DNA from: Bacteriovoracaceae bacterium
GTDB taxonomy: Bacteria > Bdellovibrionota > UBA2428
DNA: 45,590 bases
Reading direction: 5' to 3'
NCBI GenBank assembly: GCA_947467125.1
Contig: CANIGN010000001.1
Location: forward strand, 1-45,590
Positions 8,930-17,270 of this stretch are shown one piece after another (position 1 is the stretch's first letter; each line of letters starts with the position of its first letter). A model generated the notes under the pieces. The model was not told the origin of the DNA. It saw nothing but the letters and a program-made list of their open reading frames with translations, and ran no database searches. The translations under genes were made by a program, and so were the position numbers.

Positions 8930-10777
8930 ATGTACATCTTGGGTATTTCCAGTTTTTATCATGATAGCGCTGCAGCCCTTCTCTTAAATGGAGAAATTAT
9001 TGCAGCCGTTCAAGAAGAGCGCTTCACCCGAAAAAAACACGATAGCCGTTTTCCTGAAAACGCGATTCTTTATTGTCTCAAAGAAGCCAACATTAGCCTG
9101 TCCGATGTAAGTGCTGTTGTTTTTTATGATAAACCTTTTATTAAGTTTGAACGGCTTATAGAAACTTACCTTTCTTATGCTCCCTCAGGCATTTCTTCTT
9201 TTTTAAAAGCCATACCCGTATGGCTAAAAGATAAGCTCTACTTAAAAAAACTCATTAAAAAGGAACTTTCATCATTATCTCACTTAAAAGAAAGAGATCT
9301 TCCCAAAATTCTTTTTACTGAGCACCACCAGTCTCACGCTGCTTCTGCTTTTTACCCAAGCCCATTTAAGGAAGCGGTAGTACTCTGTTTAGATGGAGTC
9401 GGTGAATGGGCAACTTCTTCAGTCTGGCTTGGGAACAAAAATCAACTAAATCCTCTTTGGGAAATAAACTTCCCCCATTCCCTTGGAATGCTTTATTCCG
9501 CATTCACTTATTACACGGGATTTAAAGTAAACTCTGGGGAATATAAACTCATGGGTCTTGCTCCTTATGGCCAACCCTCATACGTAAATGAAATATTAGA
9601 CAATCTAATTGACCTTAAAGAAGACGGAACCTTTCGACTCAATATGAGTTATTTTAGCTTTGCGAACGGACTCACAATGACAAATGAAAAATTTGATCAA
9701 TTGTTTGGAGGCCCTCCCCGGAAGGCAGAGGGTACCCTCACGCAAAAAGACATGGACCTTGCGCGCTCTATTCAACATGTAACAGAAGAAGTCGTTCTTC
9801 GTCTTGGTCGCTCCATCCACAAAGAAACAAAGCAAGATTACTTATGTATGGCTGGTGGAGTTGCTTTAAATTGTGTCGCAAACGGAAGGCTTCTTCGCGA
9901 AGGTCCATTTAAAGAAATATGGGTTCAACCAGCTGCAGGTGATGCTGGAGGTGCCTTGGGAGCTGCCCTATCTGCCTGGTATCAATATTACAATAAAGAA
10001 CGAAATTTAAATTCCCATGATCTTGATTTCATGAAGGGGTCTTATCTGGGCCCATCTTTTGACACAAAAGACATTGAAGAATCTCTTCAAAAACAAAAAG
10101 CTCATTTCGAACACGTTGAAGATGAAAATATTTTCTTTGATAAAGTTGCTCAGGTTCTTGCAGATGGAAATGTTGTCGGATGGTTCCAGGGACGAATGGA
10201 ATTTGGCCCCCGAGCTCTTGGTGCAAGATCCATCATTGGTGATCCAAGAAACCAAAAAATGCAGTCGGTTATGAATCTTAAAATCAAATATCGAGAGTCG
10301 TTTCGTCCCTTTGCTCCTGCGCTTCTCGAAGAAGAAGTGAGTGAATACTTTGAATTCAATGCTCGAAGCCCCTACATGCTTATGGTGGCACCTGTAAAAG
10401 AGCGCCTTCGGATCAAAATGACCGAAGAACAAGAAAAACTTTTTGGAATCGAAAAGTTAAATATTCCTCGTTCCTCCATGCCTGCAATTACACATGTCGA
10501 TTATTCTGCAAGACTTCAGACAGTTAATAAAAAAACAAATTCGCGATTTTTCAAACTCTTAACTCATTTCAAAGCGATTACAGGCTGCCCTGTTCTTGTA
10601 AACACCTCATTCAATGTTCGCGGAGAACCCCTCGTGTGCTCAATTGAAGATGCCTATCGATGCTTCATGAGAACAGAAATGGATTATCTGATCATTGAGA
10701 ATTTTATATTAGCTAAAGGGACTCAGCCTAAATGGGAAGAGAGTTCAGATTGGAAATCAGAGTATGAGCTTGACTAG
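8930..10777 (+). CDS. carbamoyltransferase, NodU/CmcH family
   Basis: The N-terminus MYILGISSFYHDSAAALLLNGEIIAAVQEERFTRKKHDSRFP is typical of the family. Other family blocks are GLAPYG, CMAGGVALNCVANG, GRMEFGPRALGARSI and VNTSFNVRGEP. An SD-like ggggtgg lies upstream of the ATG. Confidence 0.9.
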   Translation: MYILGISSFYHDSAAALLLNGEIIAAVQEERFTRKKHDSRFPENAILYCLKEANISLSDVSAVVFYDKPFIKFERLIETYLSYAPSGISSFLKAIPVWLKDKLYLKKLIKKELSSLSHLKERDLPKILFTEHHQSHAASAFYPSPFKEAVVLCLDGVGEWATSSVWLGNKNQLNPLWEINFPHSLGMLYSAFTYYTGFKVNSGEYKLMGLAPYGQPSYVNEILDNLIDLKEDGTFRLNMSYFSFANGLTMTNEKFDQLFGGPPRKAEGTLTQKDMDLARSIQHVTEEVVLRLGRSIHKETKQDYLCMAGGVALNCVANGRLLREGPFKEIWVQPAAGDAGGALGAALSAWYQYYNKERNLNSHDLDFMKGSYLGPSFDTKDIEESLQKQKAHFEHVEDENIFFDKVAQVLADGNVVGWFQGRMEFGPRALGARSIIGDPRNQKMQSVMNLKIKYRESFRPFAPALLEEEVSEYFEFNARSPYMLMVAPVKERLRIKMTEEQEKLFGIEKLNIPRSSMPAITHVDYSARLQTVNKKTNSRFFKLLTHFKAITGCPVLVNTSFNVRGEPLVCSIEDAYRCFMRTEMDYLIIENFILAKGTQPKWEESSDWKSEYELD

Positions 10778-11186
10778 TTCTGTAGACCCAAAAAAACTAA
10801 GTCCTAAAGAGTTACAAAATTACGGATTCCTCATGGCAGGAATATTTTCTATTGTTTTTGGACTCATCTTTCCCCTTATGAAAAAACACAGTATTCCAAT
10901 GTGGCCCTGGATTTTGGCCCTTTGCTTTTTTCTACCTGCAGTTTTTTGGCCTCAGGGACTTTCTCCAGTCTATCGACTTTGGATGAAAGTGGGCGCTACC
11001 TTGGGTTTCATCAATACAACGATTATTCTTACTGTTGTTTTTTTTGTTATCTTCACTCCAGCAAGTTTTATTCTACGGCTTCTTGGAAAAGATCCTATGA
11101 AACGAAAATACGAACCTAAGAGCTCAAGTTATCGTGAAATAAAAACAGAAAACAATTCTGGATTAAAAATGGAGGAGCCTTACTAA
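10764..11186 (+). CDS. SxtJ-like membrane protein
   Basis: A 140-aa protein with 3-4 TM segments overlaps the carbamoyltransferase stop by 14 nt. The order carbamoyltransferase, then SxtJ-like, then a ~50-aa protein matches the SxtI/J/K-type cassette as I recall it. Confidence 0.55.
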   Translation: MSLTSSVDPKKLSPKELQNYGFLMAGIFSIVFGLIFPLMKKHSIPMWPWILALCFFLPAVFWPQGLSPVYRLWMKVGATLGFINTTIILTVVFFVIFTPASFILRLLGKDPMKRKYEPKSSSYREIKTENNSGLKMEEPY

Positions 11187-11338
11187 TGATTGATTTTTTT
11201 AAAGACCTATTTTCTTTCCTAAAAAAACGAAAGAAATTTTGGTTACTTCCCATCATCATCGTCCTTCTCTTGTTAGGAACGCTCCTCGTACTTAGCCAAG
11301 GGTCAGCGGTCGCCCCCTTTATTTATACAATTTTTTAA
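11186..11338 (+). CDS. DUF5989-like (SxtK-like) 50-aa single-pass membrane micro-protein; absent from the ORF track
   Basis: The ATG overlaps the upstream TAA (TAATG). It translates to MIDFFKDLFSFLKKRKKFWLLPIIIVLLLLGTLLVLSQGSAVAPFIYTIF. The pattern F(L/W)..RKK.W(L)LPII..LLLLG.L.VL.QGSA.APFIYT.F is what I recall for DUF5989. Confidence 0.6.
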   Translation: MIDFFKDLFSFLKKRKKFWLLPIIIVLLLLGTLLVLSQGSAVAPFIYTIF

Positions 11339-11346
11339 ATTTTAAA

Positions 11347-12438
11347 ATGTTAAAGGAAGGCATACTTTCTCTTTCAAATTCGATGCAGTTTTCGGGATCT
11401 ATTTCTGGATCTGCATCCACCTGTAGCGGAGAACTTGTCTTCACTACCGGAATGGTTGGATACAGCGAAGCTTTAACAGACCCGTCTTATTACGGACAAA
11501 TTCTTGTTTTCACTTTTCCTCTTATTGGCAATTATGGGGTTCCTCGTTTAAGAGAATCGAATTCAAAACTTCTCTCTCTTGGTTTTGAAAGCGAAAAAGT
11601 TAGAGTTGCGGGTGTCATTATAAGCGATCCTTCTCTCGAGGCCTTTCATTGGCGAAGTGAAAAACCGATCCTGAAGTGGCTTAATGAATCAAAGATTCCT
11701 GTTCTGACTGGTGTCGACACTCGTCACTTGGTGCAAATTATACGAAGTACTCCGGGTCTACTTGCCTCTATTAATCCTCAAAACAATTCTTATGATGATT
11801 TGAAAAAACCTAGAGCATTTTTTGATCCTTCCGCAGAAAATATATTGCCGAAAGTTTCTTCCACCCAAAGAAAAATATTGGGCCAGGGAAAGAAAAGAAT
11901 TGGATTGCTAGATTGCGGAGTCAAATGGAGCATCGTTCGACAACTCATCAATAACAATTGCGAGGTAGAAATTTTACCTTGGGATACAGATCTCACGAGT
12001 GTCGATTGTAATGCCTGGGTACTTAGCAATGGTCCTGGTGATCCAGATAAGACAGGCCCTCTCAAACAGAACGTTGCAGATCTTCTTAAGCAAAAAAGAC
12101 CCATTCTCGGTATATGCCTAGGACATCAAATACTTGCACTCGCAGCAGGGGCTCAAACGGAACGTTTACGATTTGGCCATCGAAGCCATAACCAACCCGT
12201 TGTCGATTTAAAAACTGGTAAAGGATATCTTACCAGCCAAAATCATGGTTATGTTGTTATAGAAAAGACTCTTTCGACAGAGTGGAAACCCTGGTTTAAA
12301 AATGCCAATGACTTTTCGATTGAAGGTATTATTCACGAATCAAATTCTTTTCGAAGTGTTCAATTTCATCCTGAAGCTGCAGGTGGTCCAAGAGATACAG
12401 GATGGATCATTGATGAATTTGTGAGGGACTTATTATAA
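11347..12438 (+). CDS. carA: carbamoyl-phosphate synthase small (glutaminase) subunit
   Basis: N-domain blocks are GEL VFTTGMVGYSEALTDPSYYGQILVFTFPLIGNYGV. The amidotransferase triad context is PILGICLGHQILA and QFHPEA. Confidence 0.92.
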   Translation: MLKEGILSLSNSMQFSGSISGSASTCSGELVFTTGMVGYSEALTDPSYYGQILVFTFPLIGNYGVPRLRESNSKLLSLGFESEKVRVAGVIISDPSLEAFHWRSEKPILKWLNESKIPVLTGVDTRHLVQIIRSTPGLLASINPQNNSYDDLKKPRAFFDPSAENILPKVSSTQRKILGQGKKRIGLLDCGVKWSIVRQLINNNCEVEILPWDTDLTSVDCNAWVLSNGPGDPDKTGPLKQNVADLLKQKRPILGICLGHQILALAAGAQTERLRFGHRSHNQPVVDLKTGKGYLTSQNHGYVVIEKTLSTEWKPWFKNANDFSIEGIIHESNSFRSVQFHPEAAGGPRDTGWIIDEFVRDLL

Positions 12439-12494
12439 ACTCATCAAAATTTCCTATTTTTTCTCATCTTAAACATCCTCCCAAAATTATTTTA

Positions 12495-15400
12495 TTGGGC
12501 TCAGGAGGTCTCTCTATAGGTCAAGCAGGTGAGTTTGACTATTCTGGGACTCAAGCAATCAAAGCATTTACAGAGGCCGGTATACACGTTGTACTCATCA
12601 ACCCTAACATCGCAACAGTTCAAACGAATCCCTCTCAAGGATTGACTGTCTATCTTTACCCCATTGAAACCGAATGGGTTGAACATATCATTAAGAAAGA
12701 AAAACCAGATGGAATTGTAGCAGGTTTTGGGGGGCAAACTGCTTTAAATTGTGTCCTCAAACTCCAAGAAGCTGGAATCCTAAAAAAGCACAATGTTCTA
12801 AATTTAGGAACTGATTTTAAAGGTTTACGTCTTGCGGAGAACAGAGAAGAGTTTTCCAAACATATTGAAAAACTTGGAATGCCTGTTTTACCTAGCCGTG
12901 CTGTTTCCAAAGTTGAAGATGCCGTTGATGCTGGAAAAGAGATTGGTTATCCGGTAATCATTCGCGCAGCCTACGCATTGGGTGGCTTGGGAAGCGGAAT
13001 TGCAAACAATCAATCTGAACTCAAAAACTTAGCAGAGTTAGCTTTTGTTCGATCAGATCAAATATTAATTGAAAAATCACTTTGGGGCTGGAAAGAACTC
13101 GAATACGAAGTCATGCGAGATCAATTCAATAATTCCATCGCAATTTGCAACATGGAAAACATTGATCCGCTAGGAATTCATACGGGAGACTCTATTGTCG
13201 TCGCTCCAAGCCAAACGCTTTCTGATGATGAATATCAAACATTAAGAAACGCAGCTCTTAAAATTGCAAGCTCCCTTGAAGTCATTGGTGAATGTAATGT
13301 TCAATTTGCTTTAAACCCAGTAAAGAATGAATTCTACGTTATCGAAGTAAACCCTCGGCTTTCACGTTCAAGCGCGCTCGCAAGTAAAGCAACAGGATAT
13401 CCTATTGCTTACATTGCGGCCCAAGTTATATTGGGTAACTCGCTCCTCAACATTACGAATCCAGTAACAGGAGTTACCTGCGCACTTTTTGAACCCTCAA
13501 TGGATTACATAGCCATTAAAGTTCCCCGATGGGATCTTCAAAAATTTCATAATGTATCCCACCAGCTTGGGTCAGCAATGAAATCAGTTGGTGAAGTTAT
13601 GGCTATTGGACGAAACCTAGGAGAAACTTTTCAAAAAGCCATAAGGATGGTTAACGAAAATGCAATGGGAATCACTCGACATCGTGTGGAAACCGATTCA
13701 TTTGAGGTCAACCTAAAAAACCCCACTGAAACCCGCATCTTTTCTGTAATAGACGCTTTTCGTTTTGGCTATAAAATCGATGAAATTTATGCCCACTCAT
13801 TTATCGACAAATGGTTTCTTTTTGAATTTCAAAAAATAGTTGAAGTTGAAAAAGAAATTCTAGGTTTTTTTAGAAAACTAAATTCTTTAGATTTTAAAAA
13901 AATAGAATCCGGAACTTGGAAAAGATGGAAAACACATGGTTTTTCTGATGTTCAGATTGCCGCTTACGCTCTTCAATACGATTTAACCAAAAGCAGTGGA
14001 AACAATCCGCCCATGTCGGAAATATACGCACTCTCCCTTAAAATACGTGAAGCAAGAATAAAATCAGGAATAAAACCTGTCGCCAAAAGAATTGATACCT
14101 CAGCGGGGGAATATCCAACCTCCTCTAATTATTTCTATCTAACTTACAATGGAGATTTCAACGACGAGATCTTAGGCTCATCAGAAAAAAAATCAGCGTT
14201 AGTTATTGGCTGTGGTCCTTATAGAATTGGAACAAGTGTTGAATTTGATTGGTGCGGTGTCGAGTCTTCCAAAACTATGGGTCAAATGGGATGGCGTAGA
14301 ACAGTTGTGAATTGTAATCCCGAAACTGTATCAACTGACTATAACTCTTCTGATATTTTATTTTTCGAAGAGATGAGTATCGAAAGACTTCTCGATATTT
14401 TAGACATTAATCAAACAGACGGTGTTATTGGATGCATGGGTGGACAAGCCCCAAACAGTTTAGCTTTAAAACTATCGGATGCAAAAATTCAAATGTTTGG
14501 ACATTCTGCTGAAAGTATTGAAAAAGCAGAAAACCGAAGTAAGTTTTCAAAGATTCTTGATGAATTAGAAATCGATCAACCTCAATGGTGTTCCGCAACA
14601 AGCCGTTTTGAAATTGATCAGTTTATAAAATCTGTTGGCTTTCCAGTTTTAGTACGTCCTAGTTACGTTTTATCAGGGGCAGCAATGAAAGTTGCATATG
14701 ATTTTGATTCTTTAAATCGATTTCTAGATGCTGCCACTGAAGTTTCTTCAAGTTGCCCAGTTGTGATTTCGGAATTCATGGTCGACGCAAAAGAAATTGA
14801 AATGGATGGCGTTTCCCAAAACGGAAAAATTATAAAATCATTTCTAAGTGAACATATAGAAAATGCGGGTATTCATTCTGGCGACGCGACATTGATTTAC
14901 CCAACTCAATCTTTATCTTCTACTCAAAAAACATCATTTAATACCATTGGAGAATCCATATCCAAAGCCTTGAATCTGAACGGTCCTTTTAATATTCAAT
15001 TTCTCTTACGCAACAACAAGCCAATGGTCATTGAATGTAACGCCAGAGCTTCCCGCTCCTTTCCTTTCATTTCGAAAGTCAGCGGAATAAATCTAGCCAA
15101 ATTAGCAACCCAAGTTATACTAGCACCCGAATCAATCGACCTTAATAAAAGCTCTCCTAAGAGAAATGAAATTGGAGTTAAATCAGCATTATTTAGTTTT
15201 TCAAGACTTAAAGGAGCAGACCCGATTAGTGGAGTCGAAATGGTCTCTACTGGTGAAGTTGCTTGTGTTGCAGAAAGTCTCGAAGAAGCGCTCCTACTGT
15301 CCTTACAGTCTTCATTTTTCAAAAAACCTCTCAAGGGAATTTTAGTTAGCTCAGGACGAGATATCGAAAAAGAAAAGTTCCTTAACTTAATGCCTTTTTT

Positions 15401-15734
15401 AGAAAAATTAGGTGTTAATGTTTATGCAACATCTGGAACGGCTGCACATCTATCTTCAAAGGGGCATAAAGTACATTTAGCAACATGGCCAAATGAATCA
15501 GGACTCAACAACGTCATCGATTTAATACAAAAAGGAAAAGTTGACCTTGTGATCAACGTTCCTAAAAATTATGAGTCCTCTGAAATTAACGCTGGCCTCG
15601 AAATTCGCCATGCAGCCATTCAAAATGGATGCACACTTCTGACAAACATGGAAAAAACCGTTGCCTTCCTTGAAGCTTTAGAGAAAACAGAAAAAGGCTT
15701 TAACCAACCAAAATCACTTTTACCCTTCAATTAA
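12495..15734 (+). CDS. carB: carbamoyl-phosphate synthase large subunit (true start probably upstream of the listed TTG, near 12456)
   Basis: GQAGEFDYSGTQA is present, with two ATP-grasp halves (EVNPRLSRSSALASKATGYPIA and ECNARASRSFPFISKVSG) and a C-terminal MGS-like domain. The conserved first strand KIILLG is encoded upstream of TTG 12495 in the same open frame. Confidence 0.95.
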   Translation: MGSGGLSIGQAGEFDYSGTQAIKAFTEAGIHVVLINPNIATVQTNPSQGLTVYLYPIETEWVEHIIKKEKPDGIVAGFGGQTALNCVLKLQEAGILKKHNVLNLGTDFKGLRLAENREEFSKHIEKLGMPVLPSRAVSKVEDAVDAGKEIGYPVIIRAAYALGGLGSGIANNQSELKNLAELAFVRSDQILIEKSLWGWKELEYEVMRDQFNNSIAICNMENIDPLGIHTGDSIVVAPSQTLSDDEYQTLRNAALKIASSLEVIGECNVQFALNPVKNEFYVIEVNPRLSRSSALASKATGYPIAYIAAQVILGNSLLNITNPVTGVTCALFEPSMDYIAIKVPRWDLQKFHNVSHQLGSAMKSVGEVMAIGRNLGETFQKAIRMVNENAMGITRHRVETDSFEVNLKNPTETRIFSVIDAFRFGYKIDEIYAHSFIDKWFLFEFQKIVEVEKEILGFFRKLNSLDFKKIESGTWKRWKTHGFSDVQIAAYALQYDLTKSSGNNPPMSEIYALSLKIREARIKSGIKPVAKRIDTSAGEYPTSSNYFYLTYNGDFNDEILGSSEKKSALVIGCGPYRIGTSVEFDWCGVESSKTMGQMGWRRTVVNCNPETVSTDYNSSDILFFEEMSIERLLDILDINQTDGVIGCMGGQAPNSLALKLSDAKIQMFGHSAESIEKAENRSKFSKILDELEIDQPQWCSATSRFEIDQFIKSVGFPVLVRPSYVLSGAAMKVAYDFDSLNRFLDAATEVSSSCPVVISEFMVDAKEIEMDGVSQNGKIIKSFLSEHIENAGIHSGDATLIYPTQSLSSTQKTSFNTIGESISKALNLNGPFNIQFLLRNNKPMVIECNARASRSFPFISKVSGINLAKLATQVILAPESIDLNKSSPKRNEIGVKSALFSFSRLKGADPISGVEMVSTGEVACVAESLEEALLLSLQSSFFKKPLKGILVSSGRDIEKEKFLNLMPFLEKLGVNVYATSGTAAHLSSKGHKVHLATWPNESGLNNVIDLIQKGKVDLVINVPKNYESSEINAGLEIRHAAIQNGCTLLTNMEKTVAFLEALEKTEKGFNQPKSLLPFN

Positions 15735-15761
15735 ATTAATTTTTTTATATTTCGTGTTTGA

Positions 15762-16367
15762 TTAATCCTGAAAAAATCCATTCGGAACATATTTTTCTAG
15801 TTCTCGACTCGGCAAAAACAAAAGAGGATCCAAAGGATCTGATCCCTTACGGATCTCAAAGTGCAAGTGGTTTGCTTGAGCTCGACCGGTTCGTCCCATT
15901 AACCCCAAAACCTCTCCTGCCTTCAGCTCCTGGCCCCGTTTAACTTTGTACTTTGATAAATGAGCATAGAGCGAAGACCAGCCCCCTCCATGATATACCA
16001 CGACAGTTTTTCCGTAGCCTTTTACAAAAGCGACATCGACCACTTTTCCGTCACAAGACGTGTGAATCTTATCTCCATGACGGCCCCCGAGATCGAGACC
16101 CTCATGCATGCGTTCACCTTTTTTTCGCTCGCCTTTTTTTCTCCATCCAAAAAAACTAGCCACACGAGGTTTACCCTCTACAGGCCAAACAAAGGAAAGA
16201 GTTTGAGTTGGAACACCGTCTTTTTTGTCTTTTGAACTTTCAGCAAGAATACTTTCATCTAAAGACTCACGCGAACGAGTGGCTTCGCTTTGACTCAAAC
16301 TCGTTGTGCATGAAAACATAAAAAACATGCACACGATCGCAAATGTTTGAGACAAAATTTTATTCAC
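15762..16367 (-). CDS. M23 family metallopeptidase lipoprotein
   Basis: The signal and lipobox read MNKILSQTFAIVCMFFMFSC. LytM motifs are HEGLDLGG, GYGKTVVVYHGGGWSSLYAHL and GRTGRAQANHLHFE. Confidence 0.85.
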   Translation of the reverse strand: MNKILSQTFAIVCMFFMFSCTTSLSQSEATRSRESLDESILAESSKDKKDGVPTQTLSFVWPVEGKPRVASFFGWRKKGERKKGERMHEGLDLGGRHGDKIHTSCDGKVVDVAFVKGYGKTVVVYHGGGWSSLYAHLSKYKVKRGQELKAGEVLGLMGRTGRAQANHLHFEIRKGSDPLDPLLFLPSRELEKYVPNGFFQD

Positions 16368-16382
16368 TTTTAAAAAAACCTA

Positions 16383-17231
16383 TTACTTTTTGAAAGTCTT
16401 TTTCTTTTTGACTTTCATTTTGGGTGTATCACTTGAATTCTTCTTTAACAAATTACCCAAATTCCATTGCTCGAGCTCACCCAAGAAGTCGTACTGAGTA
16501 ATGTCGATTCTTAAGGGAGTTACAGAAATATACTGTTGATCAACAGCCATACAATCAGAACTCTCAATGGGTTCAAATCCCATGTATTCCCCACCCAACC
16601 AGTAATAAGGCTTATTCCTTTGATCTTGGCGCTTTTCAATTTTCTTAGAATAAATTCGAAAACCTTGCTTCGCGACTTTGACTCCTTTGACTTTTGAGAG
16701 AGGCAAATTTGGAAAATTAATATTCAAAAGACAACGATGAGGAAGCCCTTCAATCGCAACCTTCTGCGCAACTTTTCGAACAAAAGAAGCGGCATCTTCA
16801 AAGTGAGCTTCTTTATGCACTCCCGGTTCAAAATGAAAATCCATAGAAGCCGCGATCGAAGGAATATTCAACAAAGCTCCTTCGCGAGCCGCTGCGACTG
16901 TTCCTGAATAAAAAATATCGTTTCCTAAATTCACTCCTCGATTGATTCCAGAAATAATCACATGAGGAGGTTTTTTCATCACATGACGCAAACCCATGTA
17001 GACACAATCTGCAGGAGTTCCGCTCAAACAATAAACATCGAGATTTTTTTCATGATGAACTGAATACAGACGCACAGGTTTATGCAAAGTCAATGCATGC
17101 CCCATCGTAGATTGTTCCCGCTCAGGAGCCACAACTGTGACATGTCCAATTGTCTTTAAAGCGTTCGAGAGAGCGGTCAACCCCTGACTCTCTACTCCAT
17201 CATCGTTTGCTAATAAAAAGCGCAGTTCCAT
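16383..17231 (-). CDS. surE: 5'/3'-nucleotidase SurE
   Basis: Family motifs are LLANDDGVESQGL, SGINRGVNLGNDIFYSGTVAAAREG and ISVTPL. The C-terminal tail is Lys-rich. Confidence 0.9.
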   Translation of the reverse strand: MELRFLLANDDGVESQGLTALSNALKTIGHVTVVAPEREQSTMGHALTLHKPVRLYSVHHEKNLDVYCLSGTPADCVYMGLRHVMKKPPHVIISGINRGVNLGNDIFYSGTVAAAREGALLNIPSIAASMDFHFEPGVHKEAHFEDAASFVRKVAQKVAIEGLPHRCLLNINFPNLPLSKVKGVKVAKQGFRIYSKKIEKRQDQRNKPYYWLGGEYMGFEPIESSDCMAVDQQYISVTPLRIDITQYDFLGELEQWNLGNLLKKNSSDTPKMKVKKKKTFKK

Positions 17232-17270
17232 CTCTTGAATGATTCTAGCAGGCAGCTAAGATAAAATGCG

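Noticed and set aside
8930-11338. A possible saxitoxin-type biosynthetic cluster, because of the SxtI/J/K-like trio.
   Set aside because: No other sxt-like genes are present (no SxtA-type PKS/aminotransferase, amidinotransferase or oxygenases). The flanking genes are carAB and hypotheticals. The trio alone occurs widely and does not imply toxin synthesis.
16090-16150. An imperfect 15-nt tandem duplication inside the M23 peptidase gene, encoding KKGERKKGER.
   Set aside because: It is a short imperfect in-frame duplication in a linker region, with no evidence of functional or regulatory meaning.
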